Under the pieces are notes generated by a model. It searched no databases. It was not told the origin of the DNA and saw only the letters and a list, made by a program, of their open reading frames with translations. Positions 1 to 8,142 of a stretch of DNA of 64,000 nucleotides are shown in pieces. How positions within the stretch are numbered: the first letter of the stretch is position 1; each line of letters starts with the position of its first letter. Location of the stretch: NCBI GenBank assembly GCA_038883775.1, contig JAVZLM010000003.1, positions 32,001 to 96,000 on the forward strand, written 5' to 3'. Source of the stretch: Candidatus Bathyarchaeia archaeon (GTDB taxonomy: Archaea; Thermoproteota; Bathyarchaeia; Bathyarchaeales; Bathycorpusculaceae). A program made the position numbers and the translations under genes.

Positions 1-42
1 GTTCTGATATGTTAATTTTCACTTCTGTCATATGCGCCTACC

Positions 43-702
43 TCATTTCCTAACCATTATAATTCTAACTTGGTCGCATGCATCTTCACATGCGTCTGCA
101 ATCATTTCTATAGCCTCAAACAATTGGCTTATTAAAACTGCTATTCCCGCCTTAGGTATTTCTTCTTTTCCAAGAAGCGCTCTCGCCTTTTCATGGATGT
201 CATCAACCTTTTCCTCTTCCCTTTCCACCATGTCTGCCGCTTGGAGGGCTTCTTGGGGTTTCGTCATCATCTTGTTCACGCATTTCTGGAGGGAGATCGT
301 GCATTCCTTTGCTCCTTTAACCATCTCTATAAATTCGTTTTTTATGGAGTTTGGCACATATGCCATTGAAATTGCGCCGAGCACGCGGGTAGATTCTCTG
401 CTCCAATCTGCAACCATGTCCACCCTTTTCACTAGGTCCATTAAGTCCACCCTATCATTTGGGGGAAGTTCTCCCTTTGAAATTTCGTCCATAACTTTTC
501 TTCGAAGTTTGTCCGCTTCCTTTTCACCGTTTGTCACCCTTTCTATGCATTTTTGCATTTCTTTTTCGCCGTTTTTTATGGCTGCAATTATTGCCTTTTC
601 TAAATCCTCAACGATTCCAGTTGTTAGAGCCAAATGTTGTTGCACAGTTGCCAAAGCTTTTGTTTCCCTTCTCTTTTCAAACCATTTTATTAGTTCACTC
701 AA
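43..702 (-). CDS. DUF47/TIGR00153 family PhoU-like protein
   Basis: All-helical 219 aa protein with EKEADKLRR, EREEEKVDDIH and EMIADACED repeats typical of DUF47; overlaps the stop of the ABC ATPase gene. Confidence 0.85.
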   Translation of the reverse strand: MSELIKWFEKRRETKALATVQQHLALTTGIVEDLEKAIIAAIKNGEKEMQKCIERVTNGEKEADKLRRKVMDEISKGELPPNDRVDLMDLVKRVDMVADWSRESTRVLGAISMAYVPNSIKNEFIEMVKGAKECTISLQKCVNKMMTKPQEALQAADMVEREEEKVDDIHEKARALLGKEEIPKAGIAVLISQLFEAIEMIADACEDACDQVRIIMVRK

Positions 703-1801
703 CGGCTATTTCCTCCTTCAATCCAACTTCTGGATATTTGAACGTATGGGCTTTTTCTGCTGGGAAGCAGACAGTTACTTCTTCGCCAATGTTAAACCAT
801 TCTTCTGTCAAGGAAGGTTTAACAATTACAACTAAATCTTGATTTTTAAGTCTAACCTCATACCTCATGTTTGTTCCTTCGAAGGTGATCCTTTCTATTT
901 TGCCTGAAATGGCGTTTTTTATTTCCTTTTTTCCTTTTTCAATCATGAAGATTTCTGGTCTTATGGCTAAAAGCACTTTTTCGCCCTCTTTTACATCTTT
1001 ATTATTAACTGCTTGAACCTTTATTCCGCCGCGGAGTTCAACAGTTGCTGTTTTGCCACTTATTTTTGAAACGTATCCTTCAAGAAAGTTTGATTCTCCA
1101 ATAAAGTGAGCCACAAATATGCTTTGTGGATTTATGTAAAGCTCCCCTGGAGTTCCTACCTGCAAAATCTTTCCTTTCTTCATAACTGCTATCCTGTCTG
1201 AAATTGCCATAGCCTCAGACTGGTCATGCGTCACGTGTATGGCTGTTAACTCCAAATCTTTCGCCATCCTTCTTATTTCATAACGCAGTTCATTCCTCAC
1301 TTTAGCGTCCAACTGCCCTAAAGGCTCGTCTAAAAGCAGTAATTTCGCTCCCGCTGCCAAGGCTCTTGCCACGGCTATTCGCTGCATCATTCCACCGCTT
1401 AACTCGTTTGGAAAGGCGTCCAAACGCTCATGCAATCTAACCATTTCCAACACTTCATGTCCTATCGTTTCAGCCTTTCTCGTGTCAAAACCTTTCACTC
1501 TTGGACCATAAGTCACATTGTCCCAAGCGGTCATATGCGGAAAAAGGGCGAAAGTTTGAAAAACGAAACCTATATCCCTATCTTCAGGCGGCACATCATT
1601 AACAAGCCTATCTCCAATGTAAATTTCGCCATCGTCAGGCTGGATTAACCCAGCAATAAGCCTTAAAAGCGTTGTTTTTCCACAACCGCTCGGACCTAAA
1701 AGCGAGAAATATTCCTTATCGCGAATGTGAAGGCTAACGTTGTCCACAGCCACGATTTTGCCAAACTTTTTTGTAACATTGACTAGGCGCACGTCCGGCA
1801 T
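695..1801 (-). CDS. ABC transporter ATP-binding subunit (PotA/FbpC-like, C-terminal TOBE)
   Basis: Walker A GPSGCGKT, signature LSGGMMQR, Walker B LLLLDEP, H-loop HVTHD. Confidence 0.95.
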   Translation of the reverse strand: MPDVRLVNVTKKFGKIVAVDNVSLHIRDKEYFSLLGPSGCGKTTLLRLIAGLIQPDDGEIYIGDRLVNDVPPEDRDIGFVFQTFALFPHMTAWDNVTYGPRVKGFDTRKAETIGHEVLEMVRLHERLDAFPNELSGGMMQRIAVARALAAGAKLLLLDEPLGQLDAKVRNELRYEIRRMAKDLELTAIHVTHDQSEAMAISDRIAVMKKGKILQVGTPGELYINPQSIFVAHFIGESNFLEGYVSKISGKTATVELRGGIKVQAVNNKDVKEGEKVLLAIRPEIFMIEKGKKEIKNAISGKIERITFEGTNMRYEVRLKNQDLVVIVKPSLTEEWFNIGEEVTVCFPAEKAHTFKYPEVGLKEEIAVE

Positions 1802-1825
1802 TAGGGTTCCTCTCCGAACGTCATG

Positions 1826-3547
1826 TTAATATCTTCCCTTACCCTTAACGATAAGTCTTAAGACTAATAGTATTATAAAGGAGATTAATATTAAGAAACC
1901 GCAACCTAAACCCATTTCCAAAGATGTGGCAATAACTTTTCCCTTAACCCAATCAACGAGAACCACAGGAGCCGTTTTAAGTTTGGTAACCGCCAATGTG
2001 GCGCCCGTTTCGCTTACACTTCTTGTAAAAACCATTATTGCGCCAGAAAACATTGAGTATTTAGTTAACGGAAATATTATAGTTCTGAAGACGCCAAAGG
2101 GCTTAGCCCCTAAAGTTCTAGAGGCCTCTTCCAATTCTAAGCCTATCCTTTCAACAGCCGCAGACATAGACCTCACAAAATATGGATACGTAATTGCTAA
2201 ATGCGCAAAGACAAGAAGCCAAACGTCTGGTATGAAGGCTAAAGTTTCCTTCCAAAAGAATTTAAGAGAAACACCCAACGCCACTGATGGAACTATTATT
2301 GGGATATCCACAAGCATATTTAAAGCCGATGAAAAGTTTCCAAGTCTCTTTCTCGCAACTATTATTGCCATGGGCAAACCTATAAGAACGTTCAAAACGG
2401 TTACAACCGCTCCAAGAGAATAGGAGAGTAGGAGACTTTGCCAATAATCTGTCCAAGGCTCTACACCCGCTAGCGCTTTTGACAGCGCATCTGTTGAAAG
2501 GGCTTCAAAAGCTGGAAGCGCCACAAACAACGAGGGAATAAGCACAAGGATAAGGAAGATTAAAAGTGAAGTGCCATTCCGAAGAAGCGTTGCCGAGGAA
2601 TAGCTCAGTTTTCTCTCCAATGTTGGCCAAGCTCCCTTTATTGGCAACTTTAGCCTACTTCCGAGAGTGCGTACTACTACAAAAATTAAACATGAAACAA
2701 TTATGAGGATAAGACTCGCAAAAGTAGTGGAACCCTCGTAGACTGCTTGATTAATCTGGGGCGGTTGAGCTGAAAACGCGTCTTTCATGTTCTGTATGAA
2801 AACGGGTCCATTTTCAAAGACTCCGGCAACCATCATAGTCGCTCCAGTTTCCGAAATTGACCTTGCAAAGGCAAGTATGAACGCTGCAATTAACGAGGGC
2901 TTTATAATTCCAAGCGTAACCGTTCTAGCCGTTGTAAGCGGCGGCGCACCCAAAGTTCTCGACGCCTGCTCATATTCAATTTTATAATCCAGTAAGGCAC
3001 CTACTATGACTCTTACTACAATTGGATAAGAAAAAGTGAAATGTAAAAGAGTGATAAGAAGCCATCCAGGCGAAACGAGTGAACCGCCAAAAAGGGCTGA
3101 AATTCCTTCAGGTTTATACCAGAAGAGAAGAAGCGAATAACCAAGCACAGCCGTGGGCACTATAAAAGGAACATCAGCGAGAGTGTCTAGAAAATTTATC
3201 CATTTAGATCTTCCACGAGCTATAAACCAAGCCATAGGAATCCCCGCTGCAACATCCAAAAGAGAGACTAACGCTGCTATCATGAAGGAGTTTTTCGCAG
3301 CGTTTAGAATGCGAGCTACGAGCTCACCATTTCCTAAAACCTCTCCCATCACATTCCACTTAATAATTATGCCTAAAATCGGAGGTAGCAAAATCAAAGC
3401 AAAAAAAAGTGCAACTGCGGTCAAATAAACTCCATATTTAACCATAGGTTTTGAGGAGAGTGTGTCAAGATTCTCCCTAAGTTTTCTGGGCAAACTTATC
3501 AGCCTAAGTCCATTAACAACTAAACATGCTTCTTTTTTCATTTGCAA
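1826..3547 (-). CDS. ABC transporter permease with two fused TM domains (FbpB/ThiP-like); start uncertain
   Basis: Two EAA loops (EQASRTLGA, EEASRTLGA), duplicated RSI/VSETGAT motif, many TM helices. Confidence 0.9.
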   Translation of the reverse strand: MQMKKEACLVVNGLRLISLPRKLRENLDTLSSKPMVKYGVYLTAVALFFALILLPPILGIIIKWNVMGEVLGNGELVARILNAAKNSFMIAALVSLLDVAAGIPMAWFIARGRSKWINFLDTLADVPFIVPTAVLGYSLLLFWYKPEGISALFGGSLVSPGWLLITLLHFTFSYPIVVRVIVGALLDYKIEYEQASRTLGAPPLTTARTVTLGIIKPSLIAAFILAFARSISETGATMMVAGVFENGPVFIQNMKDAFSAQPPQINQAVYEGSTTFASLILIIVSCLIFVVVRTLGSRLKLPIKGAWPTLERKLSYSSATLLRNGTSLLIFLILVLIPSLFVALPAFEALSTDALSKALAGVEPWTDYWQSLLLSYSLGAVVTVLNVLIGLPMAIIVARKRLGNFSSALNMLVDIPIIVPSVALGVSLKFFWKETLAFIPDVWLLVFAHLAITYPYFVRSMSAAVERIGLELEEASRTLGAKPFGVFRTIIFPLTKYSMFSGAIMVFTRSVSETGATLAVTKLKTAPVVLVDWVKGKVIATSLEMGLGCGFLILISFIILLVLRLIVKGKGRY

Positions 3548-3575
3548 AATTTGCTGATAAGCTTTCCGTATGAAA

Positions 3576-3641
3576 GGTGTCAGTTCGCCCGTCGAGCCCT
3601 ATCATAGCAAAAGCTCTATTGACTCTCTAACTCATCATCCA
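3576..3641 (-). ncRNA. C/D box guide sRNA with two guides
   Basis: Minus strand reads ATGATGA (box C, 3638-3632), gttagagagtcaa, TAGA (D'-like), ATGATAG (C'-like), ggctcgacgggcgaa, CTGA (box D, 3583-3580). Guides are complementary to conserved rRNA motifs UGACUCUCU and CGCCCGUC. TATA-like aaaccctaaaattt lies upstream. Confidence 0.85.
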
Positions 3642-3701
3642 AGAATAAGTGGTCAGTGCATAAATTTTAGGGTTTTGCAAAACAAATTAAAAGCATGTTA
3701 C

Positions 3702-4919
3702 CTAAGGCTTTCCAAGAGTTCCTTCCCACATTTTTTCCAAAAACATTTTCAAATCTTTTTTTGACATTTTTCTTTTACAATTGCCAGAAAAGGCTTGGTA
3801 AGCTTTTGGATTTTCTGCTAATATTCTAACAATTTCAGCAATATCTTTTCTGTCTGCATTATCTATCATGTTAATTGAAGTGGGAAGGTCCAATTCCTCT
3901 AGTAGTCTTTTTACGGCATAAACTCCTTTATAGGCAGCCTTACGTTTCGTTAAACCATTAATGTTTTCGCCTAAGGCAACAGCTACCCGTACTAAAATAT
4001 CTAAATTAACTGGTATATTCCATTCCATTGCATATGGTAAGGCGATTCCACATGCAATTCCATGGTGTATATTATAAAATGCCCCTATGGTGTGTGCAAC
4101 TGCATGTGCCTCCACATCTCCTGTGTTGCCTTCCGAGAAAGCGGCAGCTAATGCTGCTAGTGCCATATTATAGCGAGCCTTAAGATTGGTTCCTTGAAAT
4201 GTTGCGGTACGAATGTTTTCTGAAATCAGTCTTATAGATTCTAAAGCCAGCGCTTGGGTTAATGGAAAAGCAGAAACGGCTAACGCGGATTCTATAGCAT
4301 GCGAGAGCGCATCGATGCCCGTGGCGGCAGTTAATTTGGGAGGTAAAGTTAGCGTCATTAATGGATCAACAATTGCCATTTTAGCGCGGACATTATCGAA
4401 CCAATATTTGACTTTTTCTTCTGGTAAAGTTATGACGGCATCTGGTGTACACTCCGCTCCAGTGCCTGCAGTGGTCGGTATCGTTATAACTGGAACTCCA
4501 ATTTTCTTAAATCCTCTTTTTAAATACTGTTTAATGTTTCCAGGATTAGTTACCGCTTTTCCAACGATTTTTGCTGTATCTAAACTGCTCCCTCCACCAA
4601 TACCAACGACAAAATTAACCATAGTGTTTCTAGCAAAATCCACAGCTTTTTGTACAGACTCCAATGTTGGTTCTGGCACGACTCCGTTATAAATTTCTAC
4701 ATTGAATTCTGCATTTTTAAGTGATTTTAACACATTTTCAAGTAGTCCCGCTTTCTCGATTCCCATGTCAGTTATGATTAAACAGTTCTCTCCAACGCCT
4801 AGTTGATTGGCCTCCACGCCAACCTTTGTAACCGCATTAACACCGAATAAAACTTTTTCCACAGATGAAAAGGTGTATAAAACTTTCTGTGAATCACATT
4901 TCCAATCCATGTGTATCAT
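3702..4919 (-). CDS. Iron-containing alcohol dehydrogenase
   Basis: GGGSSLD, IPTTAGTGAE, GIDALSHAIES, HAVAH...HHG motifs. Confidence 0.93.
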   Translation of the reverse strand: MIHMDWKCDSQKVLYTFSSVEKVLFGVNAVTKVGVEANQLGVGENCLIITDMGIEKAGLLENVLKSLKNAEFNVEIYNGVVPEPTLESVQKAVDFARNTMVNFVVGIGGGSSLDTAKIVGKAVTNPGNIKQYLKRGFKKIGVPVITIPTTAGTGAECTPDAVITLPEEKVKYWFDNVRAKMAIVDPLMTLTLPPKLTAATGIDALSHAIESALAVSAFPLTQALALESIRLISENIRTATFQGTNLKARYNMALAALAAAFSEGNTGDVEAHAVAHTIGAFYNIHHGIACGIALPYAMEWNIPVNLDILVRVAVALGENINGLTKRKAAYKGVYAVKRLLEELDLPTSINMIDNADRKDIAEIVRILAENPKAYQAFSGNCKRKMSKKDLKMFLEKMWEGTLGKP

Positions 4920-5012
4920 CGTTTTGTTAATAAATTTATTTTAAATTTAATATAAAAGTGTCTCAAAAGAATATAAGTATTCGTAGATTGTCAAAGAATT
5001 GGGGCTGAAATT

Positions 5013-5534
5013 ATGGACGTTTTAGAAGCGATAAAAGGAAGAAGAAGCATAAGAGCTTTCAAAAGCCAAGATGTTCCAGCCGAAATAGTGGAAAAGCTTA
5101 TTGAAGCCGCCCGTTGGGCTCCTTCTGCTGGGAACATTCAGCCGTGGGAGTTCATAATTGTGCGTAAACCAGAAATTAAGAGACAGCTGGCGGAAGCAGC
5201 TTTAAATCAATCTTTTATTGAAGAAGCGCCCGTGGTAATTGTGGTTTGTGCAAACGAGAACCGCTCTTCTCAAGGCTATGGAGTTCGGGGCAAAACCCTA
5301 TATTGCATACAAGACACGGCTGCTGCAATCCAAAACATTCATTTAGCCGCCTATTCTCTCGGTCTTGGAACATGTTGGGTTGGCGCTTTCCGAGAAGACG
5401 AGGCAAGGCAAATCCTAAAAGTTCCTGAAGGAATAAGACCCGTCGCCATAATCCCAGTTGGTTATCCCGCTGAGGCTCCACAACCGCGGAGTAGAAGACC
5501 GATAAATCAAATAGTTCATTACGAAACTTTTTAG
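5013..5534 (+). CDS. Nitroreductase family flavoprotein
   Basis: RRSIRAF, APSAGNIQPW, GLGTCWVG motifs. Confidence 0.93.
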   Translation: MDVLEAIKGRRSIRAFKSQDVPAEIVEKLIEAARWAPSAGNIQPWEFIIVRKPEIKRQLAEAALNQSFIEEAPVVIVVCANENRSSQGYGVRGKTLYCIQDTAAAIQNIHLAAYSLGLGTCWVGAFREDEARQILKVPEGIRPVAIIPVGYPAEAPQPRSRRPINQIVHYETF

Positions 5535-5709
5535 GAGAATGGAAAAAGTTATGAAAATGCGAAGCTATCATCTTGGAAAATCACCATAGAAAGACTTGCA
5601 GAATTGTTGGCAGAGCTTGACAAAATGAAACTTTAACAGTCTATTTATGAAACAGAAAGCTAACACATTTTTAAGCATCCTTATATTAAATTAAAAATGA
5701 GGTTAGTTA

Positions 5710-7473
5710 TTGAAGTACGCTGAAATTGCCGAGGCTTATGAAAAAATTGAAGCCACAACAAAAAGACTTGAAATGACAGATCTCCTAGTTGACCTTCTAA
5801 AAAAAACGCCTAAAGAAATAATAGACAAAGTCGTATACTTAACGCAGGGCAAAATCTACCCAGACTTTGTCAAACTTGAAATAGGTGTAGCCGAAAGACT
5901 CGCCATAAAAGCCTTGGCAAAAGCCTCTGGAATTAAAGAGTCTGAAATTGAAGAAGACTTGAAGAAGACTGGGGATTTAGGCGAAACAGCCCAAAAATTC
6001 ATGGCAAAAAAGAAGCAGGTAACCTTCTTTCAGCAACCTCTAACGGTTCAAAAAGTTTATGAAACATTGGATAAAATGGCTAAGGCTTCGGGTTCAGGTG
6101 CTGTAGACTTAAAAACCGCTCTTTTAGCTGGGCTTTTGGCTGATGCAACCCCAAAAGAGGCAAAATACATAATGCGCACGGTAACTGGCAACCTACGCTT
6201 GGGTATTGCTGACATGACAGTTTTGGACGCTTTAGCCATAGCCTACGGAGGCGGAAAAGAAGCCCGCGAGCTCATAGAACGCGCCTACAACATTTCTTCA
6301 GACCTTGGAAGAGTTGCAAAAGCAGTGGCTGAAAAAGGTTTGAAAGGCGTCAAAAAGTTTGAGGTTTTGGTTGGCGAACCCATAAGGCCGATGTTGGCTG
6401 AGAGGCTTTCTTCTCCAGAGGAAATTTTAGAAAAGCTTGGCGGGAAGTGCATAGCTGAATACAAGTATGATGGTGAAAGAATTCAAATTCACAAGAAGGA
6501 TGGCGAAGTAACCCTGTTTTCGAGGCGTTTAGAGGACATTTCAAGCCAATATCCAGATGCCATAGAACTCGTTAAGAAGCATGTTAGGGCGAAGGAAGCC
6601 ATTTTGGAGGCTGAATGCGTAGCCATAGACGCTGACACTGGTGAAATGCGTCCCTTTCAAGAATTGATGCATCGGAGACGTAAATATGGAATTGAAGAGG
6701 CTATGGAAGAATATCCCGTATCGCTTTTCATGTTTGATGCGTTGTATGTGGATGGCGAAGACCTAACCTTAGAGCCCTATCCAATTAGGCGAGAAGCCCT
6801 TGAAAAGGCGATAGAAGAAAGCGAAAGGGTGAAAACAGCCAAATACATAATCACAAGCAATCCGAAGGAGCTGGAAAAGTTTTTCTTAGAGGCTATAGAA
6901 AATGGCTGCGAAGGCTTAGTATGCAAATCTATGGCTGAAGACTCCGTTTATCAGGCAGGTGCAAGGGGCTGGCTATGGATAAAATATAAACGCGACTACA
7001 AAAGCGAAATGACAGACACCGTAGACCTTGTAATAGTCGGCGCTTTTCATGGTAGAGGAAAGAGGGCGGGAACATACGGCGCATTACTATTGGCGGCATA
7101 TAATCCAGAAAGCGACACCTTCGAGACAGTAACAAAATGTGGAACAGGCTTTACGGATGAGGATTTGGCGAAGCTTCCAGAAATGATGAAAAAACACGTT
7201 ATACCACATAAACACCCAAGAGTAAATTCAATGATTGAAGCGGATGTCTGGTTTGAGCCGTTTGTTGTGATTGAAGTTTTAGGTGCTGAAATAACCCTAA
7301 GCCCAATCCACACATGCGCCATGAACGCCATACGCCAAGGAAGCGGCTTAGCAATACGGTTTCCACGTTTTACTGGAAATTACCGGCTTGATAAGGCTGC
7401 TGAAGACGCAACTACTATAAGCGAAATTGTTGAGATGTACCAGAAACAATTAAAGAAAATTGCTGAAAGTTAA
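5710..7473 (+). CDS. lig: ATP-dependent DNA ligase (archaeal)
   Basis: Motif I EYKYDGER, EGLVCK, WIKYKRDY, AIRFPRF; TTG start. Confidence 0.97.
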   Translation: MKYAEIAEAYEKIEATTKRLEMTDLLVDLLKKTPKEIIDKVVYLTQGKIYPDFVKLEIGVAERLAIKALAKASGIKESEIEEDLKKTGDLGETAQKFMAKKKQVTFFQQPLTVQKVYETLDKMAKASGSGAVDLKTALLAGLLADATPKEAKYIMRTVTGNLRLGIADMTVLDALAIAYGGGKEARELIERAYNISSDLGRVAKAVAEKGLKGVKKFEVLVGEPIRPMLAERLSSPEEILEKLGGKCIAEYKYDGERIQIHKKDGEVTLFSRRLEDISSQYPDAIELVKKHVRAKEAILEAECVAIDADTGEMRPFQELMHRRRKYGIEEAMEEYPVSLFMFDALYVDGEDLTLEPYPIRREALEKAIEESERVKTAKYIITSNPKELEKFFLEAIENGCEGLVCKSMAEDSVYQAGARGWLWIKYKRDYKSEMTDTVDLVIVGAFHGRGKRAGTYGALLLAAYNPESDTFETVTKCGTGFTDEDLAKLPEMMKKHVIPHKHPRVNSMIEADVWFEPFVVIEVLGAEITLSPIHTCAMNAIRQGSGLAIRFPRFTGNYRLDKAAEDATTISEIVEMYQKQLKKIAES

Positions 7474-7505
7474 GTAAAATTGTTTCTTTACTTAGGTTTA
7501 AACAG

Positions 7506-7826
7506 TTAACTTTTATCTGCATTTTTCATTAGACACGATTTCAAATCGTTAAGCATTTTGATTTTTGAGTTCATTTCTGCTATCGAGTTTTCTAAATCCT
7601 CCTTGGTTAGTGAAGGGTTTATGGTTATTTTGGCTTTTTCCAGCGATATGCCCGATTGTGGGTAGTAGCCGTGGTATTCTAGGAATCTTCTAATTGCGTC
7701 TTTTACAAATTCTGAGCGGCTTGAGTAGGCAAATTGCTCACTTTCTATTAATTTATCAATTAACCTAGCTAGCGTGTTTGGAATATGCACTGTAGTATAT
7801 TTCATTTCGACTTTCTCATTAGGCAT
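7506..7826 (-). CDS. Ribbon-helix-helix (CopG/MetJ-like) regulator with C-terminal coiled coil
   Basis: YTTVHIP...YSSRSEFVKDAIRRFL RHH pattern. Start moved to ATG 7826 because a TTATAA box lies at 7874-7879 inside the longer ORF. Confidence 0.8.
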   Translation of the reverse strand: MPNEKVEMKYTTVHIPNTLARLIDKLIESEQFAYSSRSEFVKDAIRRFLEYHGYYPQSGISLEKAKITINPSLTKEDLENSIAEMNSKIKMLNDLKSCLMKNADKS

Positions 7827-7968
7827 CTGTATCAGCGCACCGCATATCAGACTAGCAATTTTCCATTCCTTACTTATAACTATTATTCTCATATGATTCT
7901 TCAAAACGTATATTTCAAACTTATTTAGTAGTGTTAGTTTGAATCATTTGCAAAATATGAGATTTTCC

Positions 7969-8092
7969 AAAATAAAAAAGAGAAGGGAAGAAAGGGAGAG
8001 GAGAGGAAGGTGGAGGAGAAAGGAATTCAAACACCGAGGGATTCTCGGATGTGCGCTGATACAGACGCGTTAATCCACCTTCCCCTTCCATA
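7969..8092 (-). ncRNA. Candidate structured small RNA antisense to the RHH gene translation start
   Basis: Minus-strand AAACTTATAT promoter (8124-8115), 10-bp stem 8005-8014/8074-8083, inner hairpin 8034-8048, terminator-like CCCTTCTCTTTTTTATTTT (7987-7969), and a 15-nt perfect complement to 7826-7840. Confidence 0.5.
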
Positions 8093-8104
8093 TTTTAATA
8101 TGGA
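8087..8104. promoter_or_regulatory. Palindrome TCCATATT-tt-AATATGGA overlapping the TATA box of the 8143 gene
   Basis: Perfect 8-bp inverted arms seen in sequence; candidate operator for the adjacent RHH protein (inference). Confidence 0.45.
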
Positions 8105-8142
8105 GAGGATGGAAATATAAGTTTATCTATGGATGGAGGAGA

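Noticed and set aside
32-835. 267-aa plus-strand ORF
   Set aside because: Antisense shadow of the DUF47 and ABC ATPase genes; Ser/Phe-rich with no motifs
7921-8091. 56-codon minus-strand ORF (MEGEGGLTRLYQ...) across the candidate sRNA
   Set aside because: Low-complexity Pro/Ser/Phe run that reads through a terminator-like tract; RNA structure explains the sequence better, though a peptide is not excluded
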